Positions 1-9,168 of a stretch of 64,000 bases of DNA are shown here, one piece after another. Origin of the DNA: an uncultured Thermoplasmata archaeon. Its GTDB lineage: Archaea; Thermoplasmatota; Thermoplasmata; UBA10834. Position numbers and translations under genes: made by a program. Each line of letters opens with the position of its first letter. Position 1 is the stretch's first letter. The stretch is taken from NCBI GenBank assembly GCA_963719945.1, contig CAVRDX010000003.1:1-64000 (forward strand), written 5' to 3'. The notes under the pieces were generated by a model. The model saw only the letters and a program-made list of their open reading frames with translations. It was not told the DNA's origin and did no database searches.

Positions 1-871
1 CGAAGCCCATGTCGAACTCGTTGTCCACCTTGACTGGACAGACATCGGTACACACACCGCATCCCACGCACTTGTCTTCGTGAACGAATCGCGCCTTCCG
101 CCTTACCTTCACATCATAATTGCCGATGTATCCCTTGACTTCCTCGACCTCTGAGTATGACAACAACTCGATGTTTGGGTTACGCGATAACTCGACCATC
201 TTCGGCGCGAGTATGCATATCGCACAGTCCCCTGTCGGGAAAGTCTTGTCAAGCTGTGCCATCACTCCGCCGATGCTCGGCTTGCTCTCGACCAAGTATA
301 CTTTGAATCCCATGCTGGCCAGATCGAGCGCGGACTGTATACCGGTGACCCCGCCTCCGACCACGAGTGCAGCCCTCTCGACAGGGACCTCTCTCGCTTC
401 CAAAGGCTCCAACCTAGCTGCCTTGGAGACTCCCATCCTCACGAGGTCGATCGCTTTCTGAGTCGCGTTTTCCTTCTCATGTGCATGGACCCACGAACAC
501 TGCTCGCGGATGTTGACCATGTGCAATACGTATGGATTTAGCCCCGCCCTCTGTATGCATGTCCTGAATGTCGGTTCATGCAGTCTCGGAGAACACGAAG
601 CGATGACCACTCTGTTGACATTCCCCTCCTTGATCGCCTTCAGGATCTTTTCCTGACCAAGGTCGGAGCAAGTGTACTTGTTGTCTCGAGCGATCACCAC
701 GCCCGGCAGCTTTTCAGCTGCATCTCGCACCTTGGCGCAATCGACCACACCTGCGATATTGCTACCGCAGTGGCATACGAAAACTCCTATACGTGGTTCG
801 GTCGCGTCGCTTGTCCCTTGTGACGGCGTTTTTTCAACAGAGTCCTTTTCCAGAGGTTCGGGCGAGCCCAT
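1..871 (-). CDS. hdrA: Heterodisulfide reductase subunit A-like flavoprotein, N-terminal part; runs off the left edge
   Basis: Not in the ORF track. Manual translation from ATG 871 (SD GGAGGGGGG) gives [69 protein letters not shown] and [12 protein letters not shown]. Confidence 0.95.
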   Translation of the reverse strand, partial: MGSPEPLEKDSVEKTPSQGTSDATEPRIGVFVCHCGSNIAGVVDCAKVRDAAEKLPGVVIARDNKYTCSDLGQEKILKAIKEGNVNRVVIASCSPRLHEPTFRTCIQRAGLNPYVLHMVNIREQCSWVHAHEKENATQKAIDLVRMGVSKAARLEPLEAREVPVERAALVVGGGVTGIQSALDLASMGFKVYLVESKPSIGGVMAQLDKTFPTGDCAICILAPKMVELSRNPNIELLSYSEVEEVKGYIGNYDVKVRRKARFVHEDKCVGCGVCTDVCPVKVDNEFDMGF

Positions 872-1341
872 CGTCCCCCCTCCTCGACCTGATTGTGTCG
901 AAGTTATACGGCCGAATGACCCCGCGAATGCGCCATTTCCTGCCGACTGGCGCTTCCACTCGGCCCAAGTGTCTGACGGATTTGGATAACTGACAAGTGG
1001 TTAATATAGGTTTCGACGGACTCATTTCGAAAAACGCAGGTCTCGAGGCGATAATCGTTAAAGTCGCTCCAAGTAGTTGCAGTTTCTATTTCATAAATGG
1101 CGTCGTAAATTCGAAAATCGTTTAATTGATGGTTCTCGATACTATGGGTGGCTACGAACCAGCAGATTCCTATCCGAACCGAGGGCCCGTAAAGTCGAAA
1201 TCACGATGGACTTGCCATCCTAAAGGCGTCTCGTCTCGAAGTTCGTCGCATGCCCCTTATGGTCTTAGTCATATTTGCAGTATGTCATCATCGATTCGGC
1301 GCTCGAGAACACGGTCACGAATGATGTGACGATGCGCACAT

Positions 1342-2430
1342 TCACTTCGCTGCTTGCTTCTTTCTGTATCTATATGATATGTAACAGCTGCCTTCTCTGG
1401 AGACCATGCATGGACCGAGTGGATTGGCAGGGGTGCATCTGGTCGCAAACAAGGGGCATTCCTCGCTGGTCAGGATACCTCTCAACATCTCCCCGCATCT
1501 GCATCCCTTGACCTCGGAGAACTCTCTCTCGTGCACGGGGGCGAGAAGGTCAGAATATCTGCTTCTTGCATCGTTGGCTTCGAATCTCTTTCTGATGGAG
1601 AGCCCGCTCCCGTTGATCACCGGGAAACCTCTCCATAGTACGTCGGAAGGTTCGAACACCTCTTCCAACACCTTCATGGCGGTCAAGTTGCCCTCTCTGT
1701 GGACGACTCTGGAGTATTCGTTCTCCACTTCGGCTCTTCCTTCCTTCACCTGATTCGCCAGCATGTACACTCCCATCATCAGGTCGAGAGGTTCGAATCC
1801 TGCAACCACCTGTGGCATCTTGTACTTCTCAGAGAGGAACTCGTACGGTCTGGTCCCTATTATGGTGCTGACATGGCCTGGCTGTATCATCCCATGTAGA
1901 CGGATCTCGCCCATCTCTGCGATGGCTGCCAACGCCGGAGGTACCGTCCTATGGCAGCTCAGGACACTGAAGTTGGCGGGCGGATCGTTCCGGATCGCAG
2001 CGGCTACGGTGGGAGCGGTCGTCTCGAAGCCTATTCCCATGAATACGACCTCCTTCTGGTTGTTCCTGGCGAGTGCCACGGCATCATCGACTCCGAATAC
2101 GATCCTGACATCGGCTCCATCTGCCTTCGCGTCGTTCAGGGAACCTTTCTCACCCGGGACCTTCATCACATCTCCGAACACGGCCACGGTCACACCTGCA
2201 CGCGCGATGGCCAAGATCTCCTCTATCTCTCCCGGCGGCGTGACACATACCGGACATCCAGGGCCCTGCCGTATGTCTATCCCGATCCTTTTGAACTCGC
2301 TGTCCAGACCGAACCTGACGAGGGTATCCTGATGGGTTCCGCAGACGTGCATCAATGTGAGGTCAAGGCTCATGTGTTCGAGTTTCTCGATTATCTTTCT
2401 CGACATCTCCCTGTCTCTCAACCTAAACAT
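1342..2430 (-). CDS. hypD: [NiFe]-hydrogenase maturation protein HypD
   Basis: MHVCGTH, GPGCPVCVTP, GFETTAP, PGHVS and GPCMVSREGSC motifs. Start placed at MFRLRD (ATG 2430). Confidence 0.96.
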   Translation of the reverse strand: MFRLRDREMSRKIIEKLEHMSLDLTLMHVCGTHQDTLVRFGLDSEFKRIGIDIRQGPGCPVCVTPPGEIEEILAIARAGVTVAVFGDVMKVPGEKGSLNDAKADGADVRIVFGVDDAVALARNNQKEVVFMGIGFETTAPTVAAAIRNDPPANFSVLSCHRTVPPALAAIAEMGEIRLHGMIQPGHVSTIIGTRPYEFLSEKYKMPQVVAGFEPLDLMMGVYMLANQVKEGRAEVENEYSRVVHREGNLTAMKVLEEVFEPSDVLWRGFPVINGSGLSIRKRFEANDARSRYSDLLAPVHEREFSEVKGCRCGEMLRGILTSEECPLFATRCTPANPLGPCMVSREGSCYISYRYRKKQAAK

Positions 2431-2797
2431 CTGGAACCACCAGCCGCAAATTCTTGATCGTGCATTCCCTGCCACTCACGATCTTGGCAGGCCCTCTGCA
2501 CTTGGGACATTCTAGAATCGGGACGATCCGGTGTGGAGAATCCTCGGACGGTGACATCTCTCCCTTGAATCCGCAATTGCACTCGATGGTCCCCTTGACA
2601 TGGTTTATCGTCAGAGTCGAGCCTTCAAGGATCGTGCTCTTTGAGAGGACCTCGTATGCGAACTTCAATTGCTCCTCACCGAGCATCGTGAAATCGCCGA
2701 GGTCCAGGAACACCTCCTCAACTTTGACCGCATTCCATCTCTTGGACTCCTCGAGAAGCCCATCGATGATCTGACTCATCACGGAAAATTCATGCAT
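2423..2797 (-). CDS. hypA: Hydrogenase nickel incorporation protein HypA
   Basis: N-terminal MHE, CNC and CPKC zinc ligands, SGREC motif. Confidence 0.95.
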   Translation of the reverse strand: MHEFSVMSQIIDGLLEESKRWNAVKVEEVFLDLGDFTMLGEEQLKFAYEVLSKSTILEGSTLTINHVKGTIECNCGFKGEMSPSEDSPHRIVPILECPKCRGPAKIVSGRECTIKNLRLVVPDV

Positions 2798-2800
2798 AGT

Positions 2801-3028
2801 CTATGCCCCAGCATTCTCCTGTTCTAGCATCTCACGGAAGAGTTCGAGGGTCTTCTCGGCCTCCTCCTTATCCAGGAGTTGGATGGCATAGCCGGCATGG
2901 ACGATGACATAGTCTCCGATCTTCGCATCGACAAGACTTATGTTGGCGGTTCTGGATACTCCTCCGAAATCGACGGTGGCCATCATCCCGTCAATCGACT
3001 TGATCTCGGCTGGAACTGCTAGGCACAT
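2801..3028 (-). CDS. hypC: Hydrogenase assembly chaperone HypC
   Basis: True start MCLAVPAEI (ATG 3028); GDYVIVHAGYAI motif. Confidence 0.96.
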   Translation of the reverse strand: MCLAVPAEIKSIDGMMATVDFGGVSRTANISLVDAKIGDYVIVHAGYAIQLLDKEEAEKTLELFREMLEQENAGA

Positions 3029-3063
3029 CTGGCGGTCAGTATGCGGGGTCCATTCATAAAGCT

Positions 3064-5271
3064 TTAGCCAAGTCTGGCTCCGACGATTGCGTTCTGCCCG
3101 GTCGATATGCCCCCGTCTCCGTTGCAGATACGCCTGTGACCGACGAATGTCAATCCTCTTGCCGTCACGGTCTCCCTGACCCATGCCGTTATCGGGCCGT
3201 TGTACGAGACACCTCCCGTGAGGCCGAGCTGTTTCAGCCCCTTCTTCTCAGCCGTCTCGCACGCCCTCTCCGTCAGACCTACCACGAGGGTTTTCACGAA
3301 TGAAGCTGCGGCGTCTGCCCTTTCCTGATCGGATACGATCTTCATGTCCAGGAGCGTATCGAACATGTGGACGGTCTTGGCGATCTCCAGCTTTCCCGAT
3401 CTCTCGAACCCTAGGTCGAACTCGAATCGTGGTTCGCCGATCTCGAGCCACCTCTCGAGTTTTATGGCAGGCTCTCCTTCGTAGGTCCTTCTGCAGCTTA
3501 TGCCGAGTATGCACGATACTGCATCCAGTACCCGTCCCATGCTGGACGCTTTCACGCTCTTCGCCATCATCTTGGAGAATAGGTCGCCGGCCTTGTCGTC
3601 TGCCATGGTCGTCTCCCTATCCAGCATGAGCTGTATCGCGGATACGACCCTCTTGGGATCGATGACCGCCTTATCTCCTCCGAGCAGCGGTATGCCTTCT
3701 ATCGTCCCGATCCTTTCGTATCCAGAATGATCTGCGAGAAGCGTCTCGCCTCCCCACGAAGTGCCATCATCTCCGAAGCCAGTTCCGTCCCATGTCAGGC
3801 ACACGAGCGGCCCTTCGATATTCCTATCTATCATCAACGAGGCAGCGTGGGCGTGATAGTGTTGTGTCTCGATCATCTCGCAATCGAACTCGTTCGCCAA
3901 CCTCTTAGCCACGATCCTGGTCGAATATCTCGGGTGCTTGTCCAATCCGATCGCGTCGATCTCTTTCACTCCGAGTAGTCTTGCGAGATGATGTATCGAA
4001 TCATCCAGGTATTGCAGGGTCGGATGCTGTTGCGATTCTCCGATATACTGCGTTAGGAATATCTCGCCGTTTCTTGTGACCGATCCGGTGACGTCCCATT
4101 GGGCGCCGACACCAATCACTGCATGCGTGTGGTTGGCTTCGACCGGGACAGGGACGAACCCTCTTGATTTCCTCAGGAAGTTCATCCCATCGGAATTGGT
4201 CTTGACCACACTGTCATCGCATCGATGGATGATCCTCCTATCGTGCATCAGATAGACGTCCAGTCCAAGTTCGAACGCCTTATCGTTGTCGATGACCATC
4301 GGCTCACCTGGTGGGTTCGCGGAGGTCATGATCACGCCGTCTTGCTCGAGGTGTTTGAACAGAAGCAGGTGGGCTGCCGAATATGGAAGCATGACTCCAA
4401 TATTGTTCAGGCCAGGTGACACTCCTTCGAGTTCACTCAGATGCTCCTCCAGCTTCTTCATCAGGACGATCGGTCTCTGAGGTGATGTCAGGAGCTCCTT
4501 CTCGTAATCGTCCATCGACACATACTTCATCGCCGTTTCGAGGTCACGCATCATGACCGCGTAGGGTTTCTCTCCCCGTCGGTAGATGCTCCGGAGTCTA
4601 GCCGCGTTCGCGAAGGAACAGACTATGTGCATTCCGCCCCAGCCTTTGAGAAGGCCGACGGAATCCCCATCTATCCTCTTTGCGAACTCAACGAACGGGT
4701 CTCCGCTTATTTCCTTCCCTTCTCTCTCGAACAGGCGATATTTCGGACCACATTCTGGGCACGAGATCGTCTGTGCATGGAATCGTCTATCCTCGGGAGA
4801 AGCATATTCGTCGTTGCACGAGGGACACATCGGGAAATCCGACATGCTCGTCCTGGCACGGTCGAACGGCAGGTCCGCGATGACCGTGAACCTCGCTCCA
4901 CATTCCGTGCAGTTCGTGAATGGGAACAAGTGCCTCTTGTTCCCGCTGTTTGAAAAATCATCCATGCACCGCGAGCAGATGGCAGTGTCCGTCGGTATCA
5001 GAGAGACTCTGACACCATCCGTGCTCTTGGATATCGAGAACTCTCCAAGCTCCTCGTCGGATTCGGATATGTCCGCCCGGTCTATTCTGGCAAGGGTGGG
5101 CAAAGCCTCTTCGAGTCTCTTCAGGAACTCATCCGCATCCTTGTCCACATGGATGACGACGTTGGAGCCGTTGTTCAGGACGTAGCCGCGCAGCCCCATC
5201 GCTTTCGCGACCCTGTACACCGTCGGCCTGAAACCGACACCCTGGACTATGCCATAGACCGTTATCTTCAT
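3064..5271 (-). CDS. hypF: Carbamoyltransferase HypF
   Basis: GIVQGVGFRP acylphosphatase domain, CxxC zinc fingers, QHYHAH, WDGTGFG, GDGGISTGQ. Confidence 0.97.
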   Translation of the reverse strand: MKITVYGIVQGVGFRPTVYRVAKAMGLRGYVLNNGSNVVIHVDKDADEFLKRLEEALPTLARIDRADISESDEELGEFSISKSTDGVRVSLIPTDTAICSRCMDDFSNSGNKRHLFPFTNCTECGARFTVIADLPFDRARTSMSDFPMCPSCNDEYASPEDRRFHAQTISCPECGPKYRLFEREGKEISGDPFVEFAKRIDGDSVGLLKGWGGMHIVCSFANAARLRSIYRRGEKPYAVMMRDLETAMKYVSMDDYEKELLTSPQRPIVLMKKLEEHLSELEGVSPGLNNIGVMLPYSAAHLLLFKHLEQDGVIMTSANPPGEPMVIDNDKAFELGLDVYLMHDRRIIHRCDDSVVKTNSDGMNFLRKSRGFVPVPVEANHTHAVIGVGAQWDVTGSVTRNGEIFLTQYIGESQQHPTLQYLDDSIHHLARLLGVKEIDAIGLDKHPRYSTRIVAKRLANEFDCEMIETQHYHAHAASLMIDRNIEGPLVCLTWDGTGFGDDGTSWGGETLLADHSGYERIGTIEGIPLLGGDKAVIDPKRVVSAIQLMLDRETTMADDKAGDLFSKMMAKSVKASSMGRVLDAVSCILGISCRRTYEGEPAIKLERWLEIGEPRFEFDLGFERSGKLEIAKTVHMFDTLLDMKIVSDQERADAAASFVKTLVVGLTERACETAEKKGLKQLGLTGGVSYNGPITAWVRETVTARGLTFVGHRRICNGDGGISTGQNAIVGARLG

Positions 5272-5281
5272 CAGGTATCCT

Positions 5282-5932
5282 CTAGAATCCCAACGCGGCG
5301 ATCAGGTCATCCAACCCGTTTCCGTGCCTTGCGTCCATCTTGACGATCTTCGCGCCTGGGTTTATTCTTCGGGCATCCCTCTCTAGTATCTTCGGATCGA
5401 CCTGCATCGCTTCGGCCAGATCGATCTTATTGATCACTATGACATCCGAGAAAGCGAATATGGCGGGATGCTTCCTGACCATATCATCACCTTCCGTGAC
5501 GCTGATCACGACCACTCGGACATGAGACCCGAGCGGGAAGTCCACCGGGCATACCAGGTTCCCGACGTTCTCGATGAACAGGTAGTCTATCTTATCCAGC
5601 GGCAGATCCTCCAATGCGTGGTCGACCAGATGGGCGTCCAGGTGACACTCCTTTCCGGTGCTTATGTTGGCTGCTGGTATGCCATGGGCCACGAGCCTCT
5701 GATAATCGTCATCGCCGGAGACGTCACCAGCGATCGCAGCGCTCTCCTTGCCCTTTGATTTCAGATGGTCGACCAACTTCTCGATGATCAGGGTCTTCCC
5801 TGAACCTATCGCACCGAGGAAATCGAACGCCCTTATGTTATGCTCTTCAAGAAGGGCGCGGTTCTCGTCCGCCAAGCGACGGTTCTCCGAGAGGATGTCT
5901 TTCTCCATGTCCACGGTGACGACTTTGTGCAT
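5282..5932 (-). CDS. hypB: Hydrogenase nickel incorporation GTPase HypB
   Basis: GAIGSGKT, ECHLDAH, ENVGNLVCP, SVTEGDD, NKID. Confidence 0.97.
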   Translation of the reverse strand: MHKVVTVDMEKDILSENRRLADENRALLEEHNIRAFDFLGAIGSGKTLIIEKLVDHLKSKGKESAAIAGDVSGDDDYQRLVAHGIPAANISTGKECHLDAHLVDHALEDLPLDKIDYLFIENVGNLVCPVDFPLGSHVRVVVISVTEGDDMVRKHPAIFAFSDVIVINKIDLAEAMQVDPKILERDARRINPGAKIVKMDARHGNGLDDLIAALGF

Positions 5933-6074
5933 GCTCGTGAATCCGAGCTTTCGCTTTAATATTTTGGCCCAGATGATTGAGCCCGAATGGTTATGGCATA
6001 TGATGGTAACCAGTTGATTTCACTGCCATACATGCAGGGTACTTTATATCGGGCCAGGTCTATGTCAGAATGCC

Positions 6075-6725
6075 ATGCGGAAGCTGACAATCGAGATGGT
6101 TCCTCAGCAGTCCCTGATGGATCCTGTGAAGGATCAATTGCCGAAGGTAGAATGGGTCAGGGTCCTGGACATACTGAGATTGGATTTCGACGAAGGGGTT
6201 ACTGTAGCGCTATCCGAGATCAAACTCACTCCGGGTCATGTCATTGAGGATATCGAGTACTCCGATGGCTCTGAAATACTCGCCATATTGAAGCATGAAG
6301 GGCAAGTGTATACCACTATAGCGAAACTACAGACACCGGACGAGTTCAAATCCGTTCTCGATAAATTGAAGCTCGATCTCGTATGGGACACCCCCTTGTT
6401 CAAATCCAGGGAAAGAATAGTCATGAGTGTGATTGGTGCGGACTGCGAACTCAGGCGCTTCCTGGCAAACATGAAATCGATGGGAGAGGTCACGAGCGTG
6501 AAGTTCTCGAAACCGACTTTCAAAGCTGTCGAACCGATGGGTTGTCTAACATCTCGCCAGAGGGATGTTCTGGTCGCCGCTTATGAGAACGGTTATTATG
6601 ATTACCCTCGCAAAGTGAATGCCGGCGAACTGGCGAGCAAGTTGGGTTTGAATAAAGCCACGGTGATCGAACATCTGAGGAAGGCAGAAGGTCGTATGAT
6701 GGCCCAGCTCATGGCAGGATTCTAG
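6075..6725 (+). CDS. Transcriptional regulator with C-terminal HTH_10 (bacterio-opsin activator-type) domain
   Basis: LTSRQRDVLVAAYENGYYDYPRK...ELASKLGL...EHLRKAE. Divergent from hypB. Confidence 0.88.
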   Translation: MRKLTIEMVPQQSLMDPVKDQLPKVEWVRVLDILRLDFDEGVTVALSEIKLTPGHVIEDIEYSDGSEILAILKHEGQVYTTIAKLQTPDEFKSVLDKLKLDLVWDTPLFKSRERIVMSVIGADCELRRFLANMKSMGEVTSVKFSKPTFKAVEPMGCLTSRQRDVLVAAYENGYYDYPRKVNAGELASKLGLNKATVIEHLRKAEGRMMAQLMAGF

Positions 6726-6798
6726 CGCATCAACGTCTTTCTTAGAGCATTATCTGTCAATCTCGTGCTCGATTCGTTTCGAAAGATATATCTACTCG

Positions 6799-6836
6799 AT
6801 GTTAGATATTTGTCACAATATGTTAGAAATAACACA
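6799..6836 (+). promoter_or_regulatory. Candidate tandem operator for the XRE regulator
   Basis: Direct repeat ATGTTAGA at 6799 and 6820 (21 bp period), each opening a TGT...ACA-bounded box, directly upstream of the membrane protein/XRE pair. Confidence 0.45.
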
Positions 6837-6860
6837 TATTAGGCAATCAATGATTCATAG

Positions 6861-7319
6861 GTGGTAATAGACATGGAAAATGCTCCAATGGATAAACGTG
6901 GCAGATCTAGAATAATAATCTTGACGGTCCTCATAATCGTGGTTTCCTCCTCGTTCTTCGCATGGGCGACCTTCTCTTCTAACGGGTCTATGATTGATTC
7001 ATTTGTCCTGATCGCAATCGGCGTGGCAATCGTTGGCATCGCCGCTGCAATGATCATGCGCAGATGGAATTCCCGAAAAGAAGGCTTTCCATTGGAGGAC
7101 GAGCTCGCCAAAGCAAGCAGAATCCATGCGGCTGCATGTGCTTTCACTGGGGGCATGTACTTTCTCGTGGCGCTCATGTTCTACAACATCCTCAACGATG
7201 ATAACTCACGCCTGCCTGAGATTAGCGCCGATCACACGATTGCTCTCATCGTAATCGCAAATGCTGCGCTGTTCCTTTGCTCGTGGCTATACTTCTCGAA
7301 GAAAGGCGTGCCAACTTGA
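6861..7319 (+). CDS. DUF2178-like four-TM membrane protein
   Basis: Four hydrophobic segments and a GFPLEDE motif. Its pairing with a small XRE gene is typical. Confidence 0.7.
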   Translation: MVIDMENAPMDKRGRSRIIILTVLIIVVSSSFFAWATFSSNGSMIDSFVLIAIGVAIVGIAAAMIMRRWNSRKEGFPLEDELAKASRIHAAACAFTGGMYFLVALMFYNILNDDNSRLPEISADHTIALIVIANAALFLCSWLYFSKKGVPT

Positions 7320-7329
7320 GGTCGAATAG

Positions 7330-7530
7330 ATGAGAAGCAGGATCAAGGAACTGAGGGCTCGTTATGATATGACCCAGGACGATCTCGCCAGAAAGGTCGG
7401 CGCGAGGAGAGAGACGATACTATTCCTCGAGAAGGGCAAATACAGCCCCTCTTTGAGGCTCGCTCATGCCATCGCAAAGGCTCTCAACACGACAATCGAT
7501 GAACTGTTCATCTTCGATGAACATGAATGA
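7330..7530 (+). CDS. XRE/Cro-family HTH transcriptional regulator
   Basis: [41 protein letters not shown]; SD GAGGT. Confidence 0.93.
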   Translation: MRSRIKELRARYDMTQDDLARKVGARRETILFLEKGKYSPSLRLAHAIAKALNTTIDELFIFDEHE

Positions 7531-7545
7531 AATGATCGATAATTT

Positions 7546-7566
7546 AAGAAAATAAAAAGAGAAAGG
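7546..7566 (-). terminator. Oligo-T/pyrimidine terminator
   Basis: Minus strand reads CCTTTCTCTTTTTATTTTCTT about 15 nt after the TAG of the small ORF at 7581. Confidence 0.55.
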
Positions 7567-7580
7567 TTGGGGAGCAGTGT

Positions 7581-7652
7581 CTACTGCTTCCCCTTCTCCT
7601 TGGTTCTTACGGGTTCGGGCTCAGGTGCTGGCTCGCTCGCATCCCACTTCAT
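7581..7652 (-). CDS. Putative 23-aa microprotein MKWDASEPAPEPEPVRTKEKGKQ
   Basis: Manual translation. TATA-like CTTAAT near 7705-7710, purine-rich leader and a T-rich terminator. The frame is open back to GTG 7700. Confidence 0.4.
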   Translation of the reverse strand: MKWDASEPAPEPEPVRTKEKGKQ

Positions 7653-7780
7653 CTTCGCGCCTTCTTTCGCTCCATTATTCTTCTCTAAGACGCCCCTCAC
7701 ATCAATTAAGGATTACTCCACCGCGATGCGTTCGGTCGTGGTCACATCAATCATTCCATATTCAATCGAGAAGGTTGAGT

Positions 7781-8428
7781 TCAGCTACATTCGGACAGGA
7801 ATTGTCTGCGTGAAGAGATGATTAGGGCAAGGGCAATCAGACTGAAGAATGCGCCGAGTAGAAGACCAATAGCGAATATCCCGAAGATCGCCCCTGTCAC
7901 GGACATCCTGAACCTCGATTGATTCAGAGTGAACACGCTCCCAAAGATTGCTATCGCGCCCGAAAGGAATATCGCTATCTGTAATAGGATGTAGTCGGCG
8001 ATGAGGTTATCCGCCGTTTCCATGCCTGGTATGAACTTCTCAAACAGTGCAAGAAAATCGTCTCCGAGACCAGGAGTGAGGGACAACGTTACCTGTGCGA
8101 TACCGAGCATACCTGCTGTGAGCATCATTATGCCTGCTACAGATACCTTGGCCGCTCTTCCCGCAGAAGCTGGTCCATCTGACCAATGCCTGCAATCCTC
8201 TCCCTCAGTTTCCTCCGGGAGGTTTGCCTTGATCACATCTCGCATCGGTGTCTTACACGAGTTGCATAGTTCAGCCTCTTCAGAGTTATACGCTCCGCAC
8301 ACCGCGCACACTGAACGACCTTGTATGTATGTGTGTTCATGATGTCGCTTCTTCCCACATGCGCTGCACTCCTCCATATCGGGTGTGAGTATTGCCCCGC
8401 AATTGGCGCACTCCTCCGAACCTATCAT
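7781..8428 (-). CDS. Double zinc-ribbon membrane protein
   Basis: Four CxxC pairs (CANC, CSAC, CAVC, CNSC) followed by 3-4 TM helices. Confidence 0.8.
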   Translation of the reverse strand: MIGSEECANCGAILTPDMEECSACGKKRHHEHTYIQGRSVCAVCGAYNSEEAELCNSCKTPMRDVIKANLPEETEGEDCRHWSDGPASAGRAAKVSVAGIMMLTAGMLGIAQVTLSLTPGLGDDFLALFEKFIPGMETADNLIADYILLQIAIFLSGAIAIFGSVFTLNQSRFRMSVTGAIFGIFAIGLLLGAFFSLIALALIISSRRQFLSECS

Positions 8429-8473
8429 CGCAAGCTAATTAGACGAACTGGGAATAATATCATTGCGGCGATT

Positions 8474-8863
8474 TCACAAACTAGCGCCGCATGAAACACA
8501 TTTCTGGTCCGTCTGTTCGTTCAAAGTGCCGCAATAGCGGCACTTGAGCTTCGCATTGATCTGTTGGTGATATCTCTCTTCGTGCTTCTTGTTGGCTCTT
8601 GTCAAATATACTCCAGCTCCGACCATGGCAAGTCCCGCAACGACCATGAGCAACGCGCCGACCCACAGGCCCATGAACATCGGAGCCAGAGCGAAGAAGA
8701 GCATCATGAATGCGAGGCCGAACAGCATCATGGGAAGGAAGCTATCGTCTGAATCGTCTGTCTGCCCATTCGCAACCTCGGTTGGAGATTGGATGCTCTT
8801 GCCACAGTTCAGACAGAATCGTGAAACGTCGGGTATATCGACATTGCAGTTAGGGCATTTCAG
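8474..8863 (-). CDS. Zinc-ribbon / 2-TM / zinc-ribbon protein with an apparent CTG start
   Basis: The frame extends upstream of the track start as (CTG)KCPNCNVDIPDVSRFCLNCGK. C-terminal CRYC...CVSC. Confidence 0.75.
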   Translation of the reverse strand: MKCPNCNVDIPDVSRFCLNCGKSIQSPTEVANGQTDDSDDSFLPMMLFGLAFMMLFFALAPMFMGLWVGALLMVVAGLAMVGAGVYLTRANKKHEERYHQQINAKLKCRYCGTLNEQTDQKCVSCGASL

Positions 8864-9168
8864 CGGATCACGCTCTGCTCACAAGACTCGTATGAATACT
8901 CATATTGGTTGCTTCGAGATTATCGAAGTCGATAATGGTCGCTGTCTGTTCTGGAAAGTATCTCTTAGGCGATTTGGTTTTGGGAGTGGCACACAGGGGT
9001 CGGGACCTATCCAAGCTGGTATGTCGACAGCTGCCTTTGAAATCCCGTGTGTGCTCAAAATTGATCTTCGAAATGGGCGCTATATAACACTGCTTATTCC
9101 TTCGAAACGGGATGCGGGCTGTGCATCACATCGTTATATATATCTGACCTTCTATAAAGCCATCCCTC

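Noticed and set aside
872-1341. Recurrent TTCGA/TCGAA words in the hdrA-hypD gap as operators
   Set aside because: TCGA is frequent throughout the window and shows no consistent spacing here.
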